Shown here: piece after piece, positions 43,090 to 52,202 of the stretch
How positions within the stretch are numbered: position 1 is the first letter of the stretch
How the letters are laid out: the number at the start of each line of letters is the position of its first letter
Source of the DNA: Burkholderiales bacterium
Lineage (GTDB): Bacteria; Pseudomonadota; Gammaproteobacteria; Burkholderiales; SG8-39
Length of the DNA stretch: 64,000 nucleotides
NCBI GenBank assembly: GCA_036262835.1
Contig: DATAID010000070.1
Coordinates: forward strand, 14,419 to 78,418
Reading direction: 5' to 3'
Notes under the pieces: generated by a model
What the model was told of the DNA's origin: nothing
Seen by the model: only the letters and a program-made list of their open reading frames with translations
The model's database searches: none
Made by a program: the position numbers and the translations under genes

Positions 43090-43992
43090 CTAGGGCTTGA
43101 CCGGCGTCTGCGCCGGCAGCTTGAGTCGCCGGCGCTCCATCTCGGCGCGCACCAGGTCCGGGCGGTCGCTGATGATGCCGTCCACCGCCGCTTCGAGCAT
43201 GCGCTCGATGTCGGCCGGCTCGTTCACCGTCCACACGACGACCTTCAGCCCGAGCTGGCGCGCCTTCCACAGCCGCTCCGGCGTGAGGGTGCGAAAGCTC
43301 GGCGACCAGATCGTGCCGCCGGCCGCCTTGATTCTGTCGAGCGTGTCCTCGGCGAGGCTGTTTCCCGTCAGATAGACCGTCGGAATCTCCGGCGCCTCGT
43401 CCTGCACCACCTTCAGCGTGCGCCAGTCGAAGGACTGGATCGTGGTGCGCTGCTGCATTCCGGCCTTGCGCACTTCGGCGATGAGTGCGCGCGCGAACGC
43501 CTCGGGCGGCAGCGTCTCGTCGGGCGCCTGGGCGGAGGTCTTGGTCTCGATGTTGAAGCGCACCTCCTGGTTGCCGGACTTCGCCGCGAGCGCGAAGACA
43601 TCGGCGAGCTTCGGGACGCGCGTGCCGTCGGCCGGGCGCTGGCCGGGCAGGGGCTTCGCATACTCGCTGCCGGGGCGAAGGCGGCCCACGTCGTAGCGCT
43701 CGAGTTCTGCGAAGGTGAGCGAGTGGATCGTCGGTGTCGGCTTCTCCACCCATTGGCCGTCCGGTCCGCGCGCAACGTCGGGGTTGAGCCGGCGGTCATG
43801 GTGGACGACGAGCACGCCGTCCTTGGTGATGCCGACGTCCATCTCGAGCGTGGAGACGCCGAGCGTCAATGCCGCCGCGAAAGCGGGAAGCGTGTTCTCG
43901 GGCGCAAGCCCGCGCGCGCCTCGATGGCCCTGCAGGTCGAATGCGAGGCATGGCGAAGCCCAGAGGGCGAGAATCAGGATTTTCTCAAGCAT
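43090..43992 (-). CDS. glycerophosphodiester phosphodiesterase (periplasmic GlpQ-like)
   Basis: Signal peptide. QGHRGARGLAPENT and LEMDVGITKDGVLVVHHD motifs. Confidence 0.88.
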   Translation of the reverse strand: MLEKILILALWASPCLAFDLQGHRGARGLAPENTLPAFAAALTLGVSTLEMDVGITKDGVLVVHHDRRLNPDVARGPDGQWVEKPTPTIHSLTFAELERYDVGRLRPGSEYAKPLPGQRPADGTRVPKLADVFALAAKSGNQEVRFNIETKTSAQAPDETLPPEAFARALIAEVRKAGMQQRTTIQSFDWRTLKVVQDEAPEIPTVYLTGNSLAEDTLDRIKAAGGTIWSPSFRTLTPERLWKARQLGLKVVVWTVNEPADIERMLEAAVDGIISDRPDLVRAEMERRRLKLPAQTPVKP

Positions 43993-44462
43993 GATTCAAG
44001 CAGCTCGAGCGCCCGCAACGCAAATACTTTCATGTTGGCCTCCCGGTCCGGACTGCCGGTCTCGATCGCGAGCGAGGCCTCGAGCGGGCCGCTCACCGCG
44101 ATGCAGGCGTGGCCGGGCGCATCGCCGTAGCGGTTGCCGGTCGGACCGCTCGCGCCCGTCTCCGCCAATCCCCAGGTCGCGCCGAGCCGCTCGCGGATTC
44201 GCTGGGCGGCAAGCCTTGCATAGGGCTCGCTCGCCGATCGGATGCCCCGCATTTCGTCTTTGCTTATGGAGAGAATTTTCTCGCGCGAGATTCCGGTATA
44301 GACAACGGCACCTCCAAGGTAATAGGCGGAGGCGCCTGGCACGGCAACAAGGGCCGCATTGATGAGCCCGCCGGCCGAGGACTCGGACACGCCGATCGTC
44401 TGCTTGCGCGCCTTGAGGAGCTCGCCGACGCTCTGTCCGGCCTCTGCGAGGGAGGAGGGCAT
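43974..44462 (-). CDS. CinA-family nicotinamide-nucleotide amidohydrolase (PncC-like domain)
   Basis: IGVSESSAGGLI...GASAYYLGGAVVY is the CinA C-terminal domain signature. Overlaps the glpQ-like start by 19 nt. Confidence 0.85.
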   Translation of the reverse strand: MPSSLAEAGQSVGELLKARKQTIGVSESSAGGLINAALVAVPGASAYYLGGAVVYTGISREKILSISKDEMRGIRSASEPYARLAAQRIRERLGATWGLAETGASGPTGNRYGDAPGHACIAVSGPLEASLAIETGSPDREANMKVFALRALELLESCLRKS

Positions 44463-44482
44463 GGCGTGACTATACTTATCCC

Positions 44483-45463
44483 ATGGCGATCAGAAAATCG
44501 GGCCTGAAGCGCGCGGCCCCGAAAAAACGCCCGCGCAAGGCCAAGGCCGGAACCCGGGGGTTGCTGCCGCCGGAAACCGTTCTCGATCTTTCGGATAAAG
44601 CCATAGAAGAAGCCAAAAGCAGGATCGAAAGCGAAGGCGGGGTGGTGCTCGGGGGCTATCACGACCCGCTCGGCAACAACCCGCTCCTTTTCGCCGTGCT
44701 GCCGATCGACAAGGTCGAGCCGACCCCCTTCCAGCGCGACGTCTCCGACATGCACCACAAGCGCCTCGCGGACGTCATCCACCGCACCGGCCTTTTCCTC
44801 GATCCGATCATCGCCATCACCGCGCCCGGGAAAGGCTTCTGGACGCCGAACGGCGGGCACCGGCTCGCGGCGATGCGGCGGCTCGGCGCGCGCTCGGTCA
44901 CCGCGCTCCTCGTGCCCAAGCGCGAGGTGGCCTGGCAGATCCTCGCGCTGAACACCGAGAAAGCGCACAACCTCAAGGACAAGTCCCTCGAGGTGATCCG
45001 CATCTTCCGCAACCTGCTCGAAGAGGACGGCCGGCGCCCGGAGAAGCAGTTCGATTTCTACTTCGAGGAGGCCGCCTACATCACGCTCGGCCTTTGCTAC
45101 GAGAAGAACGCGCGCTTCAGCGGCGCGGCTTATCGAGGAATCGTGCGGAGGCTGGAGGGGTTTTCAGATTCTTCTCTTTCTGATTCTTTAAAAACTCACA
45201 AAGATCACGCAGAACAGCTCATCGATCTCGATGAGAAGGTGGCCGGCGTCGTCGCGAAGCTGAAAGCGAAGGGCTTCGTCAGCCCCTACCTGAAGAGCTT
45301 CGTGGTGGCGCGCGTCAATCCGTTGCGCTTCATGCAGGGCGAGCCGCCGCCGCTCGAGAGCGTCCTGAAGACGATGCGCGAGCGGCTGGCGAAGTTCAAC
45401 GTCGAGAAAATCAGGCAGGAGGACATCGCCAGCTCGGGCGGTCCTCCTGATGATTCGGACTAA
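44483..45463 (+). CDS. ParB/Srx-fold (ParB N-terminal domain) protein, orphan
   Basis: PIDKVEPTPFQRD and TPNGGHRLAAMRRLG fit the ParB-N/DGQHR-like motif layout. Lys/Arg-rich N-terminal tail. No parA or parS context. Confidence 0.7.
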   Translation: MAIRKSGLKRAAPKKRPRKAKAGTRGLLPPETVLDLSDKAIEEAKSRIESEGGVVLGGYHDPLGNNPLLFAVLPIDKVEPTPFQRDVSDMHHKRLADVIHRTGLFLDPIIAITAPGKGFWTPNGGHRLAAMRRLGARSVTALLVPKREVAWQILALNTEKAHNLKDKSLEVIRIFRNLLEEDGRRPEKQFDFYFEEAAYITLGLCYEKNARFSGAAYRGIVRRLEGFSDSSLSDSLKTHKDHAEQLIDLDEKVAGVVAKLKAKGFVSPYLKSFVVARVNPLRFMQGEPPPLESVLKTMRERLAKFNVEKIRQEDIASSGGPPDDSD

Positions 45464-45470
45464 AACCCGG

Positions 45471-45490
45471 GTTCCCGCTTTCGCGGGAAC
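45471..45490. terminator. hairpin between convergent genes
   Basis: GTTCCCGC-TTTC-GCGGGAAC is an 8-bp stem with no clear U-tract. Confidence 0.35.
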
Positions 45491-45496
45491 GACGGC

Positions 45497-46384
45497 TCAA
45501 CGCAGGTCGAGGATCCTCACCTGGCTTTGCACCAGGTCGGGGACGTAGACCATCGAGCCTTCCTTGGTCTTCAGCACGCAGAAATCCGCCGGCCCCTTGA
45601 AGCCGAGCGCGATCTTGTGCATGCCGTCCTTCTCGCTCCAGTAGAAGAGCGAGCCCGAGCTCCAGTCGGTGACGAGCAGCGAGCCGTCGTCCCTTTCGTA
45701 GGCGCCGTCCAGGCGCCCGATCGGGTCGCTGATGGGCCGGATCTGCCCGCTAACGCCGTAGACGTACATCGCGCGGTCGTTCGGGGGCGCGAAGCCGACC
45801 ATCAGCACGCGGCCGTCGCGCAGGGGCCAAAGGCCGTTCGGGTTCACGCCCGCGCCCTTGAAGAGCGAGGTCACCTTCGGCGACTTGGCGTTGAGGAAAT
45901 CGGCCGGCTCGACCTTGACGAGCTGGTCGCTGCGGTTGTCGGAGAGGATCACCGCGTTGTCCATCACGATCGGATCGTTCGCGAACACGACGCCGGGGAG
46001 CGCGAGCTTGCGGCCCTTCTTCGTGTTCAGGTCGAAGATCCACAGCGCGTCGATGTCGGTCACCCAGAGGCGGTCGCCCTGCACCCAGATGCCCTTGGGC
46101 TTGTTCATCGGGTCGCTCGCCGTGCCGGCGAGGAACTTCTGCTCCAGGATCTTTCCGTCCGTCGACACCTTGCTGATGTAGCCCATGCCGTCCTTCAGGC
46201 CCGGGTCGAGCTTGGGCGAGCCGAAGTTGCCGACGTAGAGCACCTTGCGCTTCGCGTCGCAGCCGACGGACTCCGGGTTGACGAAGCCGCCGACCGTCCT
46301 GTCGCCCGCGACGTGCGGCGGGCGCGCAAGCGCGGTGAGGCAGGTGAGCGCCGCGGCGGCGCAGACGAGTGTTTTTCCGAGCAT
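45497..46384 (-). CDS. secreted beta-propeller protein (SMP-30/gluconolactonase/NHL-like)
   Basis: Signal peptide with repeated blade-like segments (LYVGNFG, LWVTDIDALWIFD, SLLVTDWSSGSLFYW, VYVPD). Confidence 0.6.
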   Translation of the reverse strand: MLGKTLVCAAAALTCLTALARPPHVAGDRTVGGFVNPESVGCDAKRKVLYVGNFGSPKLDPGLKDGMGYISKVSTDGKILEQKFLAGTASDPMNKPKGIWVQGDRLWVTDIDALWIFDLNTKKGRKLALPGVVFANDPIVMDNAVILSDNRSDQLVKVEPADFLNAKSPKVTSLFKGAGVNPNGLWPLRDGRVLMVGFAPPNDRAMYVYGVSGQIRPISDPIGRLDGAYERDDGSLLVTDWSSGSLFYWSEKDGMHKIALGFKGPADFCVLKTKEGSMVYVPDLVQSQVRILDLR

Positions 46385-46407
46385 GGTCGAACTCCCTTTT
46401 TAGAAAT

Positions 46408-46761
46408 CTAGGATGTCCTGGCGGCGCGCTTGCAGCCGGCGTAGGTGGCGGGCGGATCGTAGAGCGTGGCGGCCTCGCCGCTCAGCTCGAGGAGCACCTT
46501 GCCCACGCCATAGGTCTCGCCCGAGCGCTTCTCGAGCCGGATCTCGCGGTCGGGAGCGATCAGCCACACGGCGTTGTCGGGCAGGGCGCGCACCCAGAAG
46601 CTCTTGTTGCCCTCGCACTTGTATTCGGTGGCGTTCGCCGGCGCGCGGCTGAGCTCCGTGTCGCTCGAGCCGAAGGGCCACAGGCTCGAGACGCTGCAGC
46701 CGGCGAGGCAGACGGCGCCGAGCAGGAGGGTCGGGAGAGCCGGGGCTGGCAGGAAGCGCAT
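46408..46761 (-). CDS. lipoprotein, MliC-like (lysozyme-inhibitor fold) candidate
   Basis: Lipobox LAGC. YKCEGNKSFWV...SGETYG...LSGEAATLY...C resembles the MliC layout. Confidence 0.5.
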   Translation of the reverse strand: MRFLPAPALPTLLLGAVCLAGCSVSSLWPFGSSDTELSRAPANATEYKCEGNKSFWVRALPDNAVWLIAPDREIRLEKRSGETYGVGKVLLELSGEAATLYDPPATYAGCKRAARTS

Positions 46762-46781
46762 CGGGCCGGTATGGTAACGCC

Positions 46782-47735
46782 ATGCGGCTCCTCCTCCTCG
46801 CGCTGGCGTGGGTCGTTTCGAGCCTCGCTCTTGCCCAGGACTGGCCCACCAAGACGGTGCGCCTCGTCATTCCGTTCTCGCCCGGCGGCAGCACCGATTT
46901 CCAGGGCCGGCTCCTCTGCGACTGGCTGACGCGCCACTTCGGCCAGTCCTTCGTCATCGACCACAAGCCCGGCGCGGGCAGCAACATCGGCGTGGCCGAG
47001 GTCGCGCGCAGCGCCCCGGACGGCTACACCCTGGGCTGGATCACCGTCGCCTCGCACGCGATCAACCCGACCTTGTACGCGAAGCTGCCTTTCGACCACC
47101 TGAAGGACTTCGCGCCCGTCTCGCTCACCGGCACGTTCCCGAATCTCCTGGTGGTCAACAACAATTTCCCGGTCAAGACCGTTCCCGAGCTGATCGCGCA
47201 TCTGAAAGCCAACCCCGGCAAGTTCTCGTTCGCGTCGTCGGGTCAGGGCACCTCGCTCCACCTTTCGGGCGAGATGTTCAAGCAGATGACGAAGACCGAG
47301 ATGCTGCACATCCCCTACAAGGGCGGCGGCCCGGCGGTCGCCGACGTGATCGCGGGCGTGGTGCAGATGACCTTCGGCAACATGCCGACCGTGCTGCCGC
47401 ACGCCCGCGCCGGACGGGTGCGAGCCGTCGCGGTCACCTCGAGCGAGCGCTGGTTCAGCGCGCCCGACATTCCCGCGATCGCCGAGACGGTGCCGGGCTT
47501 CCAGGCGATGTCCTGGCACGGGGTCGCGTTCCCGGCGGGCACGCCGCCGGCGATCGTCGAAAAGCTCTCCGCGGCGATCCGCGAGGCGATGGCGACCGAC
47601 GAGATGAAGGACAAGTACGCGAGCGGCGGCTCGCGGGCGATCGCCAGCACCCCGGCCCAGTTCGCCGCCTTCATCAGGGAGGACACCGAGCGCTGGGCGC
47701 CGGTGATCCGCGCCTCGGGCGCGCGCGTGGAATAG
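46782..47735 (+). CDS. Bug-family (TctC-like) substrate-binding protein
   Basis: Signal peptide. WPTKTVRLVIPFSPGGSTD, DHKPGAGSN and SSGQGTSLH motifs. Confidence 0.9.
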   Translation: MRLLLLALAWVVSSLALAQDWPTKTVRLVIPFSPGGSTDFQGRLLCDWLTRHFGQSFVIDHKPGAGSNIGVAEVARSAPDGYTLGWITVASHAINPTLYAKLPFDHLKDFAPVSLTGTFPNLLVVNNNFPVKTVPELIAHLKANPGKFSFASSGQGTSLHLSGEMFKQMTKTEMLHIPYKGGGPAVADVIAGVVQMTFGNMPTVLPHARAGRVRAVAVTSSERWFSAPDIPAIAETVPGFQAMSWHGVAFPAGTPPAIVEKLSAAIREAMATDEMKDKYASGGSRAIASTPAQFAAFIREDTERWAPVIRASGARVE

Positions 47736-47740
47736 TCTTC

Positions 47741-47780
47741 GTAGTGGGCCTGCGACTGCGAGCGCCGCAGGCGCCACTAC
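47741..47780 (+). terminator. long imperfect hairpin downstream of the Bug gene
   Basis: GTAGTGGGCCTGCG...CGCAGGCGCCACTAC forms a stem of about 14 bp with one bulge. The trailing sequence is weakly T-rich. Confidence 0.4.
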
Positions 47781-47836
47781 CGCGAATTCCCAATTTGCAC
47801 TACAGAGCCCCCGGCGCCCCTTCGGTAAAAAGGGGC

Positions 47837-48712
47837 ATGCAAAAGGTCAAGCTTCTGCTGGTCGACGACGATCCCCGCAACCTGATCGCCCTCGAGGGCG
47901 CTCTCGCCAATGGCGCCTACGAGCTGCAGCTCGCGCACTCGGGGCGCGAGGCGCTCGAGCTCGCGCAAAAGCACGACTTCGCGGTGATCCTGCTCGACGT
48001 GCAGATGCCCGGCATGGACGGCTTCGAGGCGGCGAAGATGCTGCGGGCGCTGGCGAGCTGCCGCGACTGCGCCATCATTTTCGTGACCGCGCACTTCCCG
48101 GAGGAGGAATTCGTGCGGCGGGGCTACCAGGTCGGCGCCACCGACTACCTCGTCAAGCCGCTCGACCTGGAGGTGCTGCGCTCCAAGGTTTCGCTCTACA
48201 GCGCCTTCCAGCAGAAGAACGCGCTCCTGCGCGAGCGCGAGCAGCGCATCCGCGGCATGGAGGAGCTGCTGCGCGCCGAGCGCAATCTGTCCGCCGTGCT
48301 GGAGACGCACCCGATCGGGATCCTGGTGGCCGACTCCGACGGCGAGGTGGTGCAGATCAACGGCGAAGTGTCCAAGGTCTGGGGCCAGGAAAAGGAGCCG
48401 GGCGCCGGCGTGCACGGCTGGTGGGACCACGACGACAAGCTGCTCGAGGCGGTGAATGCGCTCATGGCGCGCGTGCTGCGCACGGGCGAAACCTCGCGAA
48501 ACGAGTTCACGCGGTACACGCGCGACGACGGCACCAGCAAGACCGTGCTCACCACCGCCTCCGCGCTTCGCAACCTCGACGGCACGGTGGTGGGCGTCGT
48601 GGTCGTCATCCAGGACCTGACCGAGCACACGCACATCGAGCAGGACATCGTGCAGCGCATGTACCAGCTCGCCTCGATGCATCCGGAGCTCAAGCAGGCG
48701 ATTCGACATTGA
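47837..48712 (+). CDS. response regulator with REC and PAS domains (no recognisable output domain)
   Basis: LLLVDDDPRNL, LLDVQMPGMDG phospho-acceptor and DYLVKP. A coiled linker is followed by a PAS-like segment (PIGILVADSDGEVVQINGE...VVVVIQDLTE). Confidence 0.85.
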   Translation: MQKVKLLLVDDDPRNLIALEGALANGAYELQLAHSGREALELAQKHDFAVILLDVQMPGMDGFEAAKMLRALASCRDCAIIFVTAHFPEEEFVRRGYQVGATDYLVKPLDLEVLRSKVSLYSAFQQKNALLREREQRIRGMEELLRAERNLSAVLETHPIGILVADSDGEVVQINGEVSKVWGQEKEPGAGVHGWWDHDDKLLEAVNALMARVLRTGETSRNEFTRYTRDDGTSKTVLTTASALRNLDGTVVGVVVVIQDLTEHTHIEQDIVQRMYQLASMHPELKQAIRH

Positions 48713-48715
48713 GGA

Positions 48716-48737
48716 AATCGGGACCGTGGTCCCGATT
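48716..48737 (+). terminator. hairpin immediately after the REC-PAS stop codon
   Basis: AATCGGGA-CCGTGG-TCCCGATT is an 8-bp stem starting 4 nt after the stop. No U-tract. Confidence 0.4.
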
Positions 48738-48833
48738 CGCCCTTCGGCGACAGGTCGCTAAGCGAAACTGTCGCGCCGGACAGGGCGCTGCAAGCCCGCA
48801 GCAAACTTGCCGCGCGACAATCCGGCGCTCACC

Positions 48834-50192
48834 ATGAGCCACGTTTTTTCCCGGTCGGACCCGAAGGCTTTCGTCGCCTCAGGCGTCCGCGACCTGTGGG
48901 ACGCGCTGCTGATCGTCGCGATCTTCGCCGGCCTCGGCGTGCTCGCCTGGATGGCGCTCGGCACGACGCTGCTGCGGCCGCTGCTCGAGATGGCCGAGCG
49001 CGAGCAATGGAGCAGCCTCTGGGTGCGTCCGACGGTGATCTGGGTCGCGATGGGCCTCGTGCTCCTGCTGCTGCGCACGCTGCTCTGGCTTTTCTACCGG
49101 CCGCGCGCGGCCGCCTCGATGGAGGATGCGCCGGCGCTCTCGGTGATCATCCCGGCCTACAACGAGGGCGAAATGGTGGCGCGCAGCATCGAGTCGGTCG
49201 CGCTGGCGCGCTACCCTGCCGGGCGCCTGGAGATCCTCGCCATCGACGACGGCAGCAAGGACGGCGGCGCGACCTGGCGGCACATCGAGGCGGCGGCGCG
49301 GCGCTTCCCGGCGCTCGTCACCGCGATCCGGCTTGCCGAGAACCGCGGCAAGCGCGGCGCGCTCGCCGAGGGCTTCCGGCGCGCGCGCGGCGAGATCTTC
49401 CTCACGGTCGATTCCGACAGCGTGATCGAGCGCGACGCGCTGCTCGCCGCGGCGGGCCCGTTCCGCGATCCGAAGATCGGCGCAGTCGCCGGCAAGGTCG
49501 TGGTCTACAACCGCGCGCAGGGGCTCATCCCGCGCATGCTGCACGTGCGCTTCGTTCTCTCCTTCGACTTCCTGCGCAGCGCGCAATCGATGTTCCGCAC
49601 CGTGTACTGCTGCCCCGGCGCCTTCGCCGTGTACCGCGCCGAGGTGGTCCGCCGCGTCCTTGCCTCGTGGGAAGGGCAGACCTTCTTCGGCGTGCCCTGC
49701 ACCTATGGCGAAGACCGCGCGCTCACCAACGAGATCCTGCGCGCGGGCTACGACACCGTTTACCAGCGCACCGCGGTCGTGCGCACCATCGTGCCGACCA
49801 CGTACAAGCAGCTCTGCCGCATGTACCTGCGCTGGGACCGCAGCTACATCCGCGAGGAGATGCGCTTCTCGAGGATCGTGTGGCGCCGGCCGCTCGGCTC
49901 GCGCCTGCTCGCGCTCTACGAGAGCGGCATCACCAACCTGCGCTATCCGATCGCCTACTCGGCGATGGCGCTGTGGTTCGTGAACGGCCTCTCCGATCCG
50001 GCCTCGCTCCTGCGCATGCTGGTCGCGATCATGGCGGTGTCCACGGTCTACACGCTCTACTACCTGCGCAGCGAGCGCTCGTGGGATTTCGTCTTCGGGA
50101 TCCTGTACGGCTATTTCGCCTTCTTCGCGCTGAGCTGGATCTTCCTTTACGCCGCCGCCACCTTGCGCGCGAGGGGCTGGCTGACCCGGTGA
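48834..50192 (+). CDS. membrane-embedded processive family 2 glycosyltransferase (hyaluronan/chitin-synthase/NodC-like)
   Basis: N- and C-terminal TM helices. VIIPAYNEG, AIDDGSKDG, TVDSDS, GEDRALTN and LRWDRSYIRE motifs. ATG at 48834 (TTG at 48807 also possible). Confidence 0.85.
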   Translation: MSHVFSRSDPKAFVASGVRDLWDALLIVAIFAGLGVLAWMALGTTLLRPLLEMAEREQWSSLWVRPTVIWVAMGLVLLLLRTLLWLFYRPRAAASMEDAPALSVIIPAYNEGEMVARSIESVALARYPAGRLEILAIDDGSKDGGATWRHIEAAARRFPALVTAIRLAENRGKRGALAEGFRRARGEIFLTVDSDSVIERDALLAAAGPFRDPKIGAVAGKVVVYNRAQGLIPRMLHVRFVLSFDFLRSAQSMFRTVYCCPGAFAVYRAEVVRRVLASWEGQTFFGVPCTYGEDRALTNEILRAGYDTVYQRTAVVRTIVPTTYKQLCRMYLRWDRSYIREEMRFSRIVWRRPLGSRLLALYESGITNLRYPIAYSAMALWFVNGLSDPASLLRMLVAIMAVSTVYTLYYLRSERSWDFVFGILYGYFAFFALSWIFLYAAATLRARGWLTR

Positions 50193-50255
50193 TCCGGCTG
50201 TCGCGGTTGCAGCTACAGACTGTCCGGTAATTCACGACTATCCTGTTCGGCTCCC

Positions 50256-50456
50256 ATGGCGCCCGAGCAGAAAGAGAGGCTTCTTGCCCGCGCCGTCAAG
50301 CGGCGCCGGGAGCAGGAGCGTGCCGAGATTTTCGCCCGCAGCATGCGGTTGATCGCCGAGGCGCAGGTGCTCCGCGCGAAAGCGCTCGACCTGCAGGACC
50401 AGGCCGCCGCGCTCATCGCGAACTACAAGCGCGACCTGAACGGCGGCGATTCCTAA
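50256..50456 (+). CDS. hypothetical 66-aa helical protein
   Basis: High GC3 and a heptad-like Arg/Ala/Glu-rich sequence. No SD and no recognised family. Confidence 0.45.
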   Translation: MAPEQKERLLARAVKRRREQERAEIFARSMRLIAEAQVLRAKALDLQDQAAALIANYKRDLNGGDS

Positions 50457-51508
50457 AGGCGGGTCAGGTTCTCGGGCGCGGGCTTGAGCTCCCCGCGCTC
50501 GACCTTCGTCACGATCTCGGTCAACTTCGCGTGGCTCGGCGCCGGAACGCCGACTTCCCTGCCTTTGGCGGCGATGAGGCCGTTCATTGCCTCGATCTCG
50601 GTGCGCCGGCCCTTGAGGATGTCCTGCGCCATGGAAGGGCGCTGGATGTTGCCGCGCGGATTGGCGTCTTTCTGCGGCACGAGCGCCGCCTCGACCCGGG
50701 CGAGCGCCTGCGCGTCGCCTTCCGAGGCGCGCGCGAAGGTCTCCGGCTCGAGGCCGCGGATCTTCTCGAGCGTGAAGCCGAGCGCCTGCCCGACGCGGAT
50801 CGCTTCGCCGGCGAGCTTGATCTGGAAGCGCCGGATCGCGTCGTTCCTCAGGCAATCGCCCGAGGTGAGCCCGGTCGCGGCGGTGACGCCGTTGCCCATG
50901 CCGTTTTGCACGAGCTTCGACCAGCGCTCGCCCCAGAGGTTGGTCGTCGCCTTGGCGCTGTCGATGGCCGAGAGCCATTGCACGAGCGCTTCGACGCGCG
51001 GCGTGAGGCGGCCGTGCGGCTCGCCGACGCGAAAGACGGTGTGCTTGTCGCCGCCCTTGGCCACTGTGCGCCGTATCCGCGCCGGCTCGTACAGGTCGAC
51101 CGAGATGAGCGAGGCGATCACACCCACCACGCGCCCCCAGCCGACGATGCCCGCGATCGTCTCCTCGTTCAGGCAGTTCTGCAGCGAGACGACGAAGCCT
51201 TCCGGGGAGAGGTAAGGCTTGATCAGGTGCGTCGCCCAGGCCGTGTCGTACGACTTCATGGACACGAAGGCGACGTCGAACGGCTTGCTTGAAAAGCTTT
51301 GAACTTCCGTGATGTGGAAAATGGTCCTGATGGGAACGACGAAGCGCTCTTCCGGCGTCATCCCGTCGAGCTCCAGCCCCTTTTTTCTTATTGTTTCGAC
51401 ATGCTCGGGCCAGGGGTCGATGAATGTGACATCGTGACCCAGGTGCGCGAGCGAGCCCCCGACGTAGCCGCCGAGGGCGCCCGCGCCGACGACGGCGATC
51501 CGCTTCAC
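50453..51508 (-). CDS. 2-dehydropantoate 2-reductase (PanE/ApbA) family oxidoreductase
   Basis: IAVVGAGALGGYVGGSL Rossmann start. MAQDILKGRRTEIEAMNG matches the family C-terminal domain. Its GTG start overlaps the methyltransferase stop (GTGA). Confidence 0.85.
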   Translation of the reverse strand: MKRIAVVGAGALGGYVGGSLAHLGHDVTFIDPWPEHVETIRKKGLELDGMTPEERFVVPIRTIFHITEVQSFSSKPFDVAFVSMKSYDTAWATHLIKPYLSPEGFVVSLQNCLNEETIAGIVGWGRVVGVIASLISVDLYEPARIRRTVAKGGDKHTVFRVGEPHGRLTPRVEALVQWLSAIDSAKATTNLWGERWSKLVQNGMGNGVTAATGLTSGDCLRNDAIRRFQIKLAGEAIRVGQALGFTLEKIRGLEPETFARASEGDAQALARVEAALVPQKDANPRGNIQRPSMAQDILKGRRTEIEAMNGLIAAKGREVGVPAPSHAKLTEIVTKVERGELKPAPENLTRL

Positions 51509-52167
51509 TTGCTTTTCAGGGATTCCTTCGCGGCGAGCAGGCGTACGACCGGCACCGGCTTGCCGCCGCTGCGATCCCAGTCGGACTGCGTGACCGTGTC
51601 CTCGTAGTAGCGCACACGCAGCGCGCCGAAGATCTTCGGCAGCTCGTTGGGGAAGTAGCCGTACTTGTCGCCCGTCAGGTTCTGCTTGTTGATGTCGCGC
51701 TGGATGCCCTCGACCACGACGATGCCGCCGGGCTTCAACGCGGCCATGACTTTCTTCGCGTTGCGGTTGAGGTATTCGTGCATGTACATGCCGACGATCA
51801 GGTCGTAGCGCTCCTTGCCGTAGTCGAACTTGTCGACGTCGCCGACCGCGGCGTTGATCTTGAGGCCGCGCTTCTCGGCGGTTTCCTTCGCCTGCTTGAC
51901 CGCCACCTCCGAGATGTCGAAGCCGGTCACCTCCCAGCCGAGCGCGGCGAGGAACATGGAATTGCGCCCCTGGCCCATGCCGATGTCGAGCGCCTTGCCG
52001 GGCGTGCGGCCCTTCACCGCCTCGGCGAGGAACTTGTTGAACTTGTGCTCCTTGCCTTCGCGCTTGGAATACAGGTCGTTCCAGACCTGCTCGGCGGACC
52101 TCTTCTTGTCCTGGGCGAGCAGCACGCCGGGCAGGCAAAGCGCCAGCACTACGATCAGTCGAAGCAT
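51505..52167 (-). CDS. class I SAM-dependent methyltransferase with N-terminal signal-peptide-like segment
   Basis: Strong SD GGAGG. MLRLIVVLALCLPGVLLAQD is followed by ALDIGMGQGRNS (motif I) and GFDISE. Confidence 0.85.
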   Translation of the reverse strand: MLRLIVVLALCLPGVLLAQDKKRSAEQVWNDLYSKREGKEHKFNKFLAEAVKGRTPGKALDIGMGQGRNSMFLAALGWEVTGFDISEVAVKQAKETAEKRGLKINAAVGDVDKFDYGKERYDLIVGMYMHEYLNRNAKKVMAALKPGGIVVVEGIQRDINKQNLTGDKYGYFPNELPKIFGALRVRYYEDTVTQSDWDRSGGKPVPVVRLLAAKESLKSK

Positions 52168-52202
52168 GGTGTTTCCTCCTCTGGAATAGAATCTACACCA
52201 AT

